A stretch of DNA of 64,000 bases from Eledone cirrhosa (GCA_964016885.1 OZ024744.1:67332001-67396000); one strand, 5' to 3'. Counted from the first letter of the stretch, positions 26,501-42,376 are shown. Notes: a model not told the origin generated them from the letters alone. Made by a program: numbers and translations.

Positions 26501-26903
26501 TTAGTGCCGTGCGTTAAGGTTGTTGCTCAACCTAGTGGGAGCTGGGTATATGGGATAACAAGTTATCGTTATAGGTAATCCAGTTAGAAGTTGTGAGTAC
26601 TCCGTATTGTGGATAGTTTTAACGTACGGCGTTGTTTCACTCAACAAGATGTTTCCATAGTTAGGTAGCGAGTTCGCGAGAATTCCTATGTAGGTAATAC
26701 TTGGAGTAATAATAGTGAAAGATTGAAGAATAACATGGTCGGCTGCAAAAAAAGGTTTTATTTCTAGTATTAACAATTGTTTCATTGATCAAGTGAGTCT
26801 AAAGGCCGTTAATCACCCGAAGTTGCGTCCCTCGACCTTAAATACAGTGTTTACCTCTGATCAAATCATCGGAATACTGGGGTTTTTACATATGACAATG
26901 GTA

Positions 26904-27427
26904 TTGGTTGGTGCATAATTATTGCGAGGTTTTTTTCAACAAATTTTATTTAACAAAAACAATAACAATATTTAACAAAAACATCTTTAAATGACAGTCG
27001 GGTTTTTCTCTTTTCAGAATGCGTATCGAAAATCATATCCACATTCATCATATTATGCTCTACCACTTTGAGAAATGTTGGAATGCAGCACAGTCATTTC
27101 GAGAACTAAATGAACTTTTTGGTGAAGGAACAATCAGCAAAATCAAAGTTGAAAGATGGTTCAGGAAGTTCAAATCGGGTGATACAAACCTCGCAGATGA
27201 AGAAGGAAGAGGTCGACCATCAAATTTCAACGACCAGGCACTTTTGGCAGCCGTGGAAGAGGACGAAAGCTTGACAACGAGAATGTTGGCCGAAGACTTC
27301 AATGTGGACCATTCGACCGTCGTTCGTCGTCTCAAAAAGCTCGGAAAAGTATGGAAATTGGCCACGAACAAATCCGAACGTGTCCGAATTTTTACCGATT
27401 TTCCGCAATAATTATGCACCAAGCCAA
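26904..27427 (+). mobile_element. Internally deleted mariner DNA transposon
   Basis: TIRs ttggttggtgcataattattgcg / cgcaataattatgcaccaagccaa, preceded by TA. The empty site is visible in the other pLTR near 23160. Confidence 0.92.
27019..27411 (+). pseudogene. Mariner transposase N-terminal HTH domains only; catalytic DDD domain deleted
   Basis: IMLYHFE...FGEGT...RWFRKFKSGDTNLADEEGRGRP...TTRMLAEDFNVDHSTVVRRLKKLGKV. Confidence 0.9.
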
Positions 27428-27580
27428 TTTATATAGATACAACGGAGAATCAAAACAATAACATCAATAATAAAAAATAACATCAATAATATGATTATAA
27501 ATATATTATATATGTTTATATACATATACTATATATATTTATACATGTACACACGTACACACACACACACACACACACAC

Positions 27581-27633
<53 letters not shown>

Positions 27634-27774
27634 TGTGTGTGTGTCCATGTGTGACAGTGTGTGTGTATATATATATGCATGTATAAATATATATAGTATA
27701 TGTATATAAACATATAATATATATATAATCATATATATAATATATATCAAGACATATATATATATATATATATA

Positions 27775-27815
<41 letters not shown>

Positions 27816-29437
27816 TGTCTGTGTGTCTGTCTGTGTGTATGTGTGTATGTGTGTAAAGCTTACCAGAGGACCCAACTCCTCCCTCTAGACTGGCGGAACA
27901 CTGAAGATAACAACATTCCCTGTCCACGGATAAGACTTTACGGAATTTAGACTGCAGTTATCGATAGGAATAAGAACACTTATGGGAGGGACCCTCTCCC
28001 CACTCCCTTGCTGCACACAACCTGGCAGACCAGTGGAAGTCTTTCTCCGAACACTTTGGTCTCTATCCCAATCGCTTTCTTAACGCTTTCTATATTTTTC
28101 CCTATCTATCTTCCCAGTCCTCATTCTATATATTTAGAGACATGTGTACCTATGTTAAAATATCCTTGTGGTGATCCTAAACTATGCTATACTATTTCTT
28201 TGCATCTATTTCATTGCCTTTATTATATTATATGTAATTTTCTTCTGCTTTCCATATGTTTTTACCCCGTATTTTTTTTATCTTCTATATTGTTACATAC
28301 CATGCTGTTTGTCTTATACTGTACGAATATAACCATACTCTAATTGACTCAACTTTAAATTTATCCTCATTTTGATATTTCCTTGGCTTCGAACTGGAGA
28401 TATACCTTTGAACTACATTCTATCAAGTACAGGTCGTAGAAATCCACCTCTAATGCTCTTGTAGTGACTCTCCAGAAACTCTTTGGCAGTATTTGTTCCA
28501 ATGTAGAAACTATCAGTCTGAGAGAGAGGTAATCTTTAAAAAACTACCAAAATTGGAAGTTCAGTATATGATTTACTGGGCTACCAAATATAAACAAAAT
28601 CATTGAGTACATGGAAGCTAAGAAAAAATTCAACAAGAGAAACTTCTAGATGTTTTACAGCTTCCCTTGATTCCTGTTTCCCTTTTCTTTTTCATTTTCT
28701 TATAGATATTCTGCTTCCCATTGGACTTCAATATTTGAAATGTTATTTTTCTTCTGTTTTTCCCCTTTTTAATTTTTTTAAAATTATTATTACTTGTATC
28801 ACTAGCTCTTTTTAATTACCAACTGTAAGGAGTACTTGATACTTCATAAGTCTGTCATGGCTTACTAGCTCTATACGGACGTTTAAATTGATTAAATAGA
28901 TAAACAAATAGATAAGTTACTTTAAGTCAGCTTACACCTTTTAACTGTTTACAAAACCACCCAATTTACTGTATTTTAATTTATCTCTAATTCATCTTCA
29001 TGTGTCTTATTTAGACAATCGCTTTAAGTTACCTTAAGTTAGCCTATACTATTTAATTGTTTACGAATCCATCTAATAGTTCCTTACCGGTTAGGCATGT
29101 TGGCCCGAAGACTTTGATCGGTTTCACGGATATTTGAATGCTAGCTTCGGGGAACAATCCTACTGCCCAACCCCTATCCTGGACATTCTCTATATATCGT
29201 AAGATTTCACTCTGACGTCCCACTCATCGAGTGCCTGAGTCTCTTGAAGACGAAAAATCGGACGTCTGGATATAATTCGTAGAGTTTGATTAAGCGGGGA
29301 ACTAGCGAGAAGTAGGGCTCTCATACTTCTAGCAATTTCGAACCAGTCAAACCATAACTATATAACAACTACATTATACACTCTGGTTTATAGTTTAGCT
29401 GTATCGGCATCTATTTTAATTATAATTATCTCTTTTA

Positions 29438-29620
29438 GGGTGGGGGATTGGCAGTATCGGTAAAGCGCCGGACACCATGCTTTGCAGCGTAGACTTACGG
29501 TCCTTTATGGTCTGAGTTCAAATCCCACCGGGGTTAGATTTGCCTTTCATCCTTCCATGGTCAATAAATAAAGCACTAGTAATGCACTAGGGTCGATATA
29601 ATCGACTTTCCCCCTCCCCC
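29438..29620 (+). mobile_element. S1-related SINE, diverged
   Basis: gattggcagtatcggta...gagttcaaatcc...tttgcctttcatccttcc. Confidence 0.8.
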
Positions 29621-29650
29621 AAAATTATCTGTTTTCAATATATTTATAGT

Positions 29651-29770
29651 GAAGGCGTGTGGCTGAGGGGTTAGAGAATTGGATTCACAATCTTGAGGTT
29701 GTGAGTTCGATTCCTGGACCGGGTGATGCGTTATGTCTTTGAACAAGACACTTTATTTCACGTTGCTCCT
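29651..29770 (+). mobile_element. S2 SINE, 3'-truncated
   Basis: Aligns with 11574-11692; B-box gagttcgattcc. Confidence 0.75.
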
Positions 29771-30104
29771 TCTACCTAGAGTCGCGACCGAGAGATAGTA
29801 CTAGCAACTGGAAAGACCAACGGGAACATTATTTTATTATATATTTACTTCTTGGTTATAATATTCACAGTTGTTGCAGACATTCGGACATAGTGAGGTT
29901 TGGATGAGATGGCTATCATTGCTACTATAACAACCTTTGCTTGTCAGGGAGGAGGATTTAACAATAAACGGATATTTCTTTTCACTCACCAGCAAGAGAA
30001 TGAGTTCAACTCTGTAACTGTCAAACGTGTGTTTACAGCACATTTCTATTACATAAATATCTCTCATAATAATTTAAAAAACTTGATTCAGTGGAATGAT
30101 ACGT

Positions 30105-30460
30105 GATGGCCTCCTCTCACCACCACCCCATCCCACACACATCCCCGGCGGACAGAATGGAGAAGGCGTTTCCCCGGAGGACGGCAAGGGAGACGCGCTA
30201 GAAAAGCCATTCCAGCTCGCGGGGCTCACACCTGCGGCTGGCCAGCTCAGCGCCTATGGTGGTGAGTAGGGAGATAGCCCTAGGGCCGAGGACACTAGAA
30301 GTCTCCAATGTCAAGCGTACAACCGCAAACCTGTCGGAGAGCGACCGGTATTTGAAGAGTTTGGCCTCCTCAGCTCGACGTGCAGCAGAACCTGGGTAGC
30401 CCTAGGGCCGAGGACACCAGAAATCTCCACTGCCAGGGGTACGACCGCAAACCTGTCAGG
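30105..30460 (-). mobile_element. CRE-clade non-LTR retrotransposon 3' fragment (restriction-like endonuclease end)
   Basis: Minus-strand translation GSAARRAEEAKLFKYRSLSDRFAVVRLTLETSSVLGP...EWLF*RVSLAVLRGNAFSIL. An internal 60-bp duplication lies at 30276-30335 / 30397-30456. Confidence 0.72.
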
Positions 30461-30669
30461 GAGGAGAGGGGAACGGGTTACTAGTGGATTTCGTTACTAC
30501 AACTATGACTTGCTACTATCAATAACCGGCGATAAAGAAACATCACCCACACAGTCGACCATCCCCTGTATCACGAAAATAATTTTTTTTTTTTTTCGAG
30601 GACATTCTAAATCTTTTTTTTTTTTTTTTATTAGGAATTTTCAATGTTTTCAAGTTTTAATAGGTTTTA

Positions 30670-30727
30670 CCGTCTGAAGAGCTTAAGCTATTATAATTGA
30701 TAGTCCTCAGAGAAATATGTCAAACGG
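30670..30727 (+). ncRNA. Degenerate hammerhead-like motif
   Basis: CCGT-CTGAAGA-...-GAAA-TATGTC-AA-ACGG; stem I is in register but the cleavage triplet is mutated. Confidence 0.4.
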
Positions 30728-31044
30728 AGATTGTTTTAATAAACCTAATTCAGCTGATTATGACCTCCGATCTTTTTAATGATTGACCAAATCTCTTTAC
30801 GGCGGTAATTGCGGCATGCAAAGGATTGAAACCAGTAAAAGAATAGAAGGGGAGAAAATACAAACCAACGAGGAGTCCTCTATGTGGTTATTCAACTTCC
30901 TTAAATCTATACTTAAATTGTCCTCAAGATCGCACATTACTGTCTTAAAAAAAAAACGACAGAATGAATAATATCATATTACATACCAAAATGAAGAAAA
31001 TAAAAAAAACATATGATTGTAAAATACTCCCCCTGAAGAGGACG

Positions 31045-31322
<278 letters not shown>

Positions 31323-31495
31323 CGAATATATATATATATATATATATTTGGAAGTGTTTGGCCCTTATACATACATACACACACACCACACACACACAGA
31401 TACACACATACACACACACACACACACAGAGACATAGACACACACACACACACACACATATTTGTACTCCTGCGTTGTTGTTTTTTGTATATATA

Positions 31496-31571
<76 letters not shown>

Positions 31572-31575
<4 letters not shown>

Positions 31576-34482
31576 GTATCTAGGGATAAGTATAATAAGG
31601 AAGAATTATCGTAAAACTAACCATGACAATTTGGAATCTATAAACTTTGAAGCTTCTGAGATTATGTATAAACTTGGCATTAAAAAAAAAGACCGAACCA
31701 TTCCTCCCAAGAACTCCGAGGATAAATCTCAAGGATCATAAAAGTAATTTTCGAACAGAACTGCCTGTTAGACTAATCGGCCCCTCTAAATCAGATCTGG
31801 GGGTTGTTAGTAAAGCCATCTTGGATAGAATTATCCCACAGGTTCGTTCTAATTGCTCTATTTCTAACTTAAATTTATGGTTTGGTACATCTGAAGTAAT
31901 TGGCTGGTTCAACACCTGAATAAGAAAAACAAACAAAAATTTATTCAATTTGATATTGCCAGCTACTATTCTTCTATTTTGCCTTCACTTCTCAACAACG
32001 CTCTCTATCTTTCGCATTTAAATATTCTGACATCACCACAGATGAACTTTACATCATTCTCACCGCAAGAAAAACTATCTTAGAATTCAACAATGAATAC
32101 TGGACTAGAGCCGATACTTCCAACAATTTTGATATCACAATGGGTGCTTTCGATTCATCGCAATTGACTGATTTGATTGGTATTTTTATTTTGAATTCTT
32201 TAAATCGGAAAATTCCTCAACTTCGCGGTGGAATTTATCGTGACGATGGACTTTTTACTATCTTAAACTGCAACTTAGTTAACATTAATATTATTGAGAA
32301 CAATATACGTAATCTCTTTAAGCACCATAACCTTAAAATTGAATTTGATAACAACGTCAAACTAGCTAACTTCTTGGATATATCCCTTAATCTTGACACT
32401 GGCCTATATTACCCTTACCATAAAAACAATGAGAATCTAAATTATGTTAATTTTAAATCTAACCACCCCACTAACATTAAAAATGCTATAGTCAGTAATA
32501 TTGAAAAAAGAATCTCAAACCTATCCTCTAATAAAGATATCTTCGATGCTAACGCCAATTACTATAATAATGCGCTTTCTAAAGCCGGTTATCCTGATAA
32601 AATTAAATACAGTAAAGAAACCAATCCTAGAAGGTCTTACAGTAAAATAATTAATTATGAACATTTCAATAACTTAAATAAAAGACCTAGATACAAAAAT
32701 ATAATCTGGTATAATGCTCCTTTTTCTATATCTATTAATAATAATATTCCTAAACTATTCTTTAGGGCCTTAGATAAATGCTTCCCTCCCTCACATATCT
32801 ATAGTAAAATCTTTAACAAACATACAATAAAATGTTCTTATTCCACCACTTCCAACATCTCTAACATTATCTCTAAACACAACAATAAAATATTAAATAA
32901 TAAATCACATCCTTCCAACACTGAGCATTATAATAATAGCAGTAGTACACCCGCCGTCATTGTTAACTCTAGGCTAGATTCTGTAAATTTAAATACGACG
33001 TCAAACATAACTTTGTTGAATGTTCATAATACCAATCTAAATCAGGAAACTATTGTTCCTATCGTAAATAACTTCTCCAATCCAATTCCTTCTATAAATA
33101 ACACTAGGTCACTTGTTAATAACTCTGTTAATTTCTCTAATCGTAATTGTAATTGCCCTATTAAAACTAAATGTCCTCTTAATAACCATTGTCTTGATAA
33201 AAACTTAGTCTATGAATGTAATTCTTTTACCTATTTCGGTTTCACTTCCACTTCCTTCAAAGCTAGATTTTATAATCACAATTCGTCTTTTAAATACCAA
33301 CTTAAAAGAACTAACACGGCACTCTCGGAACTCATATGGTCCTTGAAAGACAAAAATATTAACTATAACATCTCTTGGGGGAAGGTTTGTTCCGCCTTTC
33401 CTTACCTGAATTCTTCCCTATCCAGAACGTAATCTCTGCCTAGCCGAGATATTTACCATTATATCTAATTTCAATTCTATAATAAATAGACGCACAGATT
33501 TATTTTCTCTCTGCTTGCATAAATTCCATAGAACATTCCATAAAGTATACAGCTAATATCTCAATACCTCACTAGTTTAAGATCCTTTTTCTCAAAGGCT
33601 TATATATCTTTTACAAATATACCCATCTTTCTACCTTATTTCAATATTATTTATTATATATTATATAATACAATTTACTCATTCTATATCATTCCTCTTT
33701 ATCATTTTCCTTTCTTCCTTTTTTCTTTTTAATTTCTAACCTCTAATCTGTACCTTTTCTTCCCAACTACTTCTCAATTCATATTATTACTCACCACAAC
33801 ATTATCCATTCTTCCATCTTTCCTCATATCATTGGCCATAAAAATTATTTTTTTAATACATTATAATATTACCATTCGTAAACATATAAACTTTTGACGT
33901 TAGATTTTTTTCTTCCTTAAAATTTTCATATCTTTTCCATCCTTTCGTGCTCGTTTTAAACCTACTACTTAATTTGACTTTTACATATTACAATACATAA
34001 AAACAAAGTTAAACCCTAACTAATTTCTTTTAATATATTATATTATTACCATTAGAAAATATTTCGTAAACATATATACTTTTTGATGTTAGATATTGTC
34101 TTCCTTAAACATTCTTTTCTTCTTTCCTTCCGCGCTCATTTTAGACAAACTATTTACGTACACATATTACATTACATAAAAACAAACTTAAACCCTAATT
34201 CCTCTAAATTCATAACTCATTCATTCTTCTCCTTCTTTTCACATTATATCCTTAATATCATTAATATTTTTATTTTAATAATACATATTAATAAATTCTT
34301 TTCTTCGCATATATTATTAAACCCTTCAATATACAAACCTTAATTTAATACTATTCTTAATTCCTTTTTCTTCATGCATAAACCTCATTAAGTTTTAATT
34401 TCAAAATCTTTTAAATCTATTATCTTCCAACGGCTTTTTAATTTTCTCTCTGTGAGACAATATTTTTTCTCAGTTGTAAAGG

Positions 34483-34566
<84 letters not shown>

Positions 34567-34870
34567 CCATCTCTCCTCCTCTCTCACCCTTCCTTCTTAT
34601 ACTCCTCCCCCACCATCCTTTACTCTTATTTCTTCCTCTTCCTTACCTTTTCCAACCCCCCTCACTTTTTCCCAATCTCATACACCAATCTTAATTTATT
34701 TTTCATATGTTGATTTAAAACTTCACTATTCACAAGTGTTTTTTAAGCTTCATATCATGTCTCCCTATTTTATCTGATGAGAACGCAGATGTCATCCCAT
34801 GATGATATTTGTTTTTGAAATGCGCATAATAAAATACTTGGAACTCTTTCAACCATCTTTTGATCTTATA
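31572..34870 (+). mobile_element. Penelope-like (Naiad-type) element, 5'-truncated (copy P3), flanked by (TA)n
   Basis: ORF pieces 31647-31919 and 32140-33432 give MGAFDSSQLTDLIG, IYRDD, NIIWYNAPF and CNCPIKTKCPLNNHC..LVY..YFG, with a frameshifted tail to about 33556. A long 3' UTR carries a hammerhead. Confidence 0.92.
34766..34836 (+). ncRNA. Type I hammerhead ribozyme in the P3 pLTR
   Basis: TATTTTAT-CTGATGA-GAAcGCAGATGTCATC(CCAT)GATGATATTTGTtTTT-GAAA-TGCGCA-TA-ATAAAATA: perfect 8-bp stem I and palindromic stem III. Confidence 0.85.
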
Positions 34871-34874
34871 TTAT

Positions 34875-34974
<100 letters not shown>

Positions 34975-35049
34975 GTTATTCCGGGTTGAATCGGAGGTAA
35001 CCACAGTAAGTAAGGTACTCAATACATAGCAGAGTATAAAAGTTTTAAT

Positions 35050-36560
<1,511 letters not shown>

Positions 36561-37009
36561 GTTGATTTTTGACATTTAGTTGATTAGTTTAAGAGAAGTT
36601 CGAAGATAATTGTAAGATATGCACTCAGTATTTTGAATCTGTCTACAGAATTCTCTAAACCTTTGTCACTTAGTAGAACCTTAATGATTTTAGCTTTTAA
36701 AGAATCTCCCTTTTCTTTAATTCTCTCTACCATGACTGACCCCCCACTGATTTTATAGACATCTGTTAGCTTAAGAGAAACTTAATGACAAGGAATGGTA
36801 TGCCATCCGGAACCTGTTTATAGAATTCTGTCTGCCTTTGTTACTCTAAAAACATAAATAAATAAAAATAAAAATAAACTATAGCTTTGTAGAATTAGCT
36901 TTTAATGAATTCCCTTTTCTATCAACCAATGACCTACACCCATCCTACTCCCCACCCTCTCCTACCACTTGTAGAGACCTATAAATACCATTTTTATTTT
37001 TGGATACCC

Positions 37010-37060
37010 AGATTCCTGATGATTTCTAAAGAATGAAACAGTTCTAGTCCTGTAGAATCT
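37010..37060 (+). ncRNA. Type I hammerhead ribozyme
   Basis: AGATTC-CTGATGA-tTTC(TAAA)GAAt-GAAAC-AG(TTCTAGTC)CT-GTA-GAATCT, just upstream of (TA)n. Same family as 38890-39027. Confidence 0.8.
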
Positions 37061-37074
37061 CATCTATATTAAAA

Positions 37075-37135
<61 letters not shown>

Positions 37136-37392
37136 ACAGGGAGAAAAAGACGATTACTAGGAAGAAAAAAGTATTTTTTTCCTTTTTTATTTCTTTATTC
37201 TCTTTTTTCTGGGTTAGAAAATGATTAAAACGAAATATTTTACTTTGTGTGAACTGTTAAGGTATTAGTATATATATATATATGAATAAAAATGGACAAG
37301 GGGTAATGTCCTCATCAGTAGTCTGCTGATTATCGTTGGTATTTCGACGCATTAAAGACTAGATACCTAAAATCAGTATATATATATATATG

Positions 37393-37475
<83 letters not shown>

Positions 37476-37542
37476 CAGAAGTAACATTCGAACACCAACC
37501 AGATACTAGAAAAACCACAAATTCACTAATCCATCTCAATTC

Positions 37543-37582
37543 TACTTTTGAAAAGCATAAGAATTGTCAAACCGGTAAAGTA
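37543..37582 (+). ncRNA. Minimal hammerhead, U3-A8 variant with G12 mutated
   Basis: TACTT-TTGAAAA-GCA(TAAGAAT)TGT-cAAAC-CG-GTA-AAGTA. Confidence 0.55.
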
Positions 37583-37632
37583 AATAAATAAATATTCTTA
37601 AAAAGACTCCAGTTGCATTTTCGATTTCTTTT

Positions 37633-37838
<206 letters not shown>

Positions 37839-38345
37839 TCAGAAATGCTATAAGTTATTTTTCTAATACGACATGGTAAGGATTTTTAAATTTCTTATCT
37901 TTTCTTTTTGCTTTTTGCTTTTTTTTTTTTTAGCAAAATGAAGAATAGTATGTACTGAGGCTATTCTATATCATATAGTCTAAAAGATTGGTTTCAGGAA
38001 ATCATTATTAGACTGGAGATAAAGAGTTGAAATTGAAAAATGTTCTAAACTGAAGCTAATTTCGAAATGAACCTGTCAGAGAATAGATTTTTGTTAATGT
38101 TATTTTGATGTGCTTTGTTCAATAGAGCGTAAAGGACGAAAAGAGAGATATAGAGAGAGAGGGGGGAGGGGATGGAGAAAGAGAGATGACAGAGAGAGAG
38201 AGAAAAGGCAGAAAGAGATGAGAGGAGAGTAAGAACTGGGAGAGAGAGAGGGAGAGAGAGAAAAAGGAGAAAAAGAGGAGGGAGAAGAGAGAGAGGGGGA
38301 AAAGAGAATAGGGAGAGGAAAGGGGAGGGAGAAGAGAGAGAGAAA

Positions 38346-38376
<31 letters not shown>

Positions 38377-38822
38377 ATATGATAGTGATCGTAATTTGAA
38401 ACATCCTTTTATGAAATATCAGTTTCCATATACAGATTTTCCTTTGTTGGAAATTTTCTGTTATCTAATATCCACAATGAGTGGAGCAATAGTATTCAAA
38501 TAGCAGAATGGTATTTAGATATTAAGCTTCTTTTTAAAGATATTCTAAGTTTCGTTTTTACGTGATATAAATTGATTCATATTAAAACGATAATACAGCA
38601 AGAACCGCGGACATTCCACGTTTTATAAATATTCTTATTTCTATTTTGATATCAGAATTCATATATCTTCATATCATTGCTTCATTTTGTTTAAAATATT
38701 GGTGATAATGAATAACAATCGAGGTCGTGAAGAGGTTATTTCCCCTTTGAGAGTTTGATAGCGTAACATTCAAACACACACCGTAACAAGCAGAATGGTA
38801 TCACACAGAATATGTGTGTGTG

Positions 38823-39027
38823 AATCCCATGTTCAATCAGGGGTAACCACAGTAAATAAGGTACTCAATACATTAGTAGAGTGTATGCAACACAAATTTA
38901 ATATAGAAATGGCTTCTACAGGACTAGAAGTGTTTCATTCGAAGGAAATCAACAGGAAAGCCCTGATGATTTCCTTCGAATAAAATAGTTCTAGTCCTGT
39001 AGAAGCCATTTTTATATTAAATTTGTT
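38823..39027 (-). mobile_element. Penelope-like fold-back mini-insertion with about 60-bp arms
   Basis: 38892-38951 is the reverse complement of 38967-39026, with degenerate hammerheads in both orientations. The tail at 38823-38890 is homologous to 34975-35040. Confidence 0.75.
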
Positions 39028-39060
39028 ATATATATATATATATATATATATAACAAATTT

Positions 39061-39223
39061 ACCAGCAATTACCCAGTACATTAGTGGAACTTTATTTTAT
39101 CGATCCCGTAAGGATGAAAGGAAAAGTTAACCGCGACGGAATTTAAACTCAGACCGTAAAGGGACGTAACTATGCTGGAAAGCATGGCGTCCGACCGTCT
39201 ACCGATACTGCCAATTCACCGCC
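39061..39223 (-). mobile_element. SINE family S1
   Basis: Reverse complement of the S1 consensus. Confidence 0.88.
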
Positions 39224-39705
39224 TTGACACGAAACCATCAATTTGTTGAGGAATATTTGATTGAAAACGACCTCAGAATATATTTGGTACTTATTTTCAT
39301 CGGAGAGATTCGGAGAAATGAAAAGCAAAAATGAAACTGACAGGTTTTTTAACTGAACAAAAGAAACATAGCGAAATACCATAATACAGTTTGTCCGACT
39401 TTTTGCCGTTTCTGTCATTCCATTCTTCTTCTTTAAAGATGATGATATTGGGCCGAAGAGACGTTATTCATTATTGGTTTTATTTATTGATGGAGAAGAG
39501 AATTAATCTTTAATATATTGTTTTAAGTAGTGCAAAAAATGGTTTTCATAAATCTTTAAATCTAATCGTTTTCTAAACCACAAAAGATACTAGGATCAAT
39601 GTTTCTAATTCGTTTCTGTAACATTTGATAACAAAAGACAATCTCCATCTCCCCAAAGATAATGTATTGTTCTATCACGTATGTCCAATGTAGGAGGAAA
39701 CGTAT

Positions 39706-40062
39706 TTCTTCTTCTTCTTCTTCTTCTTCTTCTTCTTCTTCTTCTTCTTCTTCTTCTTCTTCTTCTTCTTCTTCTTCTTCTTCTTCTTCTTCTTCTTCTT
39801 CTTCTTTGCCCACTCATTCCTGAGAAGGTAGTGTGTGCAGAGTCCTCAAACACTGCTTCCAGAGGGTCCTGTCAGAAGCAACCGTCTCTAACAGATCCGG
39901 CTGGACACCCCCAGCGAGACCAGCCAAGCTCATGGATGTTATCCAACCATCTTGTTCGGGGTCCACCCCTGCGTCTCCTACCGTTTGGTTTTGCCCGAAA
40001 ATCCTGTTCAGCAATTCTTTCTTGAGACATTCTAACCACATACCATAGTATCGGAGCTGTGA
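39706..40062 (-). mobile_element. RTE-clade LINE 3' fragment with (GAA)n tail
   Basis: QLRYYG..VVRMSQERIAEQDFRAKPNGRRRRGGPRTRWLDNI and VASDRTLWK; (CTT)n at 39706-39804 is the tail. Confidence 0.8.
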
Positions 40063-40359
40063 TCAAATCGTAAGGGACGAGATTCGAAACAGCATTACCA
40101 AAAGTTGTCCGGGTATCTGATAGTTGTCACAAATTTGGTTTGCATTTATTTCCTTAATATATTCTTTTAAATTGAGTCTGGCAAACCCCATTGTTCATAG
40201 TTAATATTTTTTTCACCCTGGCGAATCTGGTCCCTTACGATTTGAACACATATATGTATATATCTGTGTTTATCTCTCTTTTATATTACACAGTCCGGAA
40301 AAATGTCTTTCCTTGAATTTCTAACTCAATACATACCTTTGATATATATATATATATAT

Positions 40360-40984
<625 letters not shown>

Positions 40985-41091
40985 TTAAACTCGGGACCTG
41001 ACTCTTTATAATATAACCACCAAGTATTGAGTACTCTGTTGATTAATGGTCTAACCAGTTTCAAACTGAATCCATCCTGATTTATATATAC

Positions 41092-41125
<34 letters not shown>

Positions 41126-41558
41126 ATGTGTATGTGTGTGTGTGAAAGAGAGAGAGAGGGAGAAAGAGAGAGCGAGAGAGCGAGAGGGAGAGAGAGAGAG
41201 AGAGAGAGAGAGGGGAGAGAGAGAGAGAGAGAGTCTGTGAATACAAAAATAAATAAAATCCAATTCTAATATATATTTTCATATGTATGAAAGGCATCAG
41301 CTATAGCAAGACTAAGTACAGTACTTTACTTCAATTATATAGTGTTGAATTTTAAAATCGAATACTTTGGCTTAATTTAACAGGAGTCATCGCAGCTTTG
41401 ATCATAGACCTTACCTGAGGCTCAACAACAACAGAGCCACTGCTGCTTACAGCAGAGAGTGATCATCCTGTAGTATTTACTTAGAGCTAGGCCGACTTAG
41501 CTATAAACATGTTACAACGCCTACAATAAGACACGAACTGCCGAACTATCAATTGGTT

Positions 41559-41739
41559 GGTGAATTGGCAGTATCGGTAGAGAGTCGAATATGCTCTCCA
41601 GCATAGTTACGTCCCTTTACAATGTGAGTTCAAATACCGCCGAGGTTAACTTTGCCTTTCATCTTTACGGGCTCGATTAAATAAAGTACCAGTAATGTAC
41701 TGGGTAATTGCTGGCCTTGTGCCAAAAGTAGAAACAATT
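41559..41739 (+). mobile_element. SINE family S1
   Basis: S1 consensus with a small deletion. Confidence 0.88.
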
Positions 41740-41769
41740 ATATTATTAATCTGGCCATAAGCAATCTGT

Positions 41770-42376
41770 CTCTTTCTTTCTTTTACTAGCTCACTCTTTC
41801 ATTCTCTTTCATTTTCTTTCTTTATCTTTCTTTCAGTCTCCTTCTTTCTCTCTTTTCTTCCTCTCTCTCCCTCCTCATCTCTCCCCCCTCTCTCTCTCTT
41901 TACTGTTCCCCTATCTCTAAATATCTCTCCCCCTTCCCATCTCTAAATATCTCTCTCTCCCCATTCCCATCTCTAAATATCTTTCCTTCTACCACTCTCT
42001 CTCTCCCCATCCTAATCTCTAAATATATTTCCCTCTCTCTCTCACCTGTCTTTCACCACTTCTTTTTCTCTCTTTCTTTCAGTCTTCTTCATTTACACCC
42101 TCTCTCCCCCTCCCCCGTCTCTATATATCTCTCCCTCACTCTCTCTCCCTCCTGCCCTCGCTAACTATCTCTCCCTATCCCATCTCTAACTATCCCCCCT
42201 TCCACCACCCTGCCCCCCCATTCCCCCTCTCTCCTCCACCCCTTCCCCATCTCTAAATATCTCTTCCTCCTCTCTCTCCCTCCCTCATATCTAACTATCT
42301 CTCATCTCTAAATATCCCCCTCTCTCTCCTCCACACTTCCCCTTCTCTTCTCCACAAAATCTCCAAATCTCTAAAT
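41770..42376. repeat. Pyrimidine-rich low-complexity tract with recurring catctctaaatatct unit
   Basis: The motif atctctaa(a/c)tat occurs about 8 times at irregular spacing. Confidence 0.75.

Larger units (their letters stand above)
22825..27480 (-). mobile_element. Penelope-like (Naiad-type) element with two direct pseudo-LTRs (copy P2)
   Basis: Direct repeats at about 22825-23210 and 26548-27480 (the latter split by a mariner), each with a hammerhead. The 3' end joins (TA)n. Confidence 0.9.

Noticed and set aside
29088-29357. Acyltransferase-like GWAVGLFPE peptide on the minus strand
   Set aside because: Needs a frameshift, and the rest of the motif set is absent.
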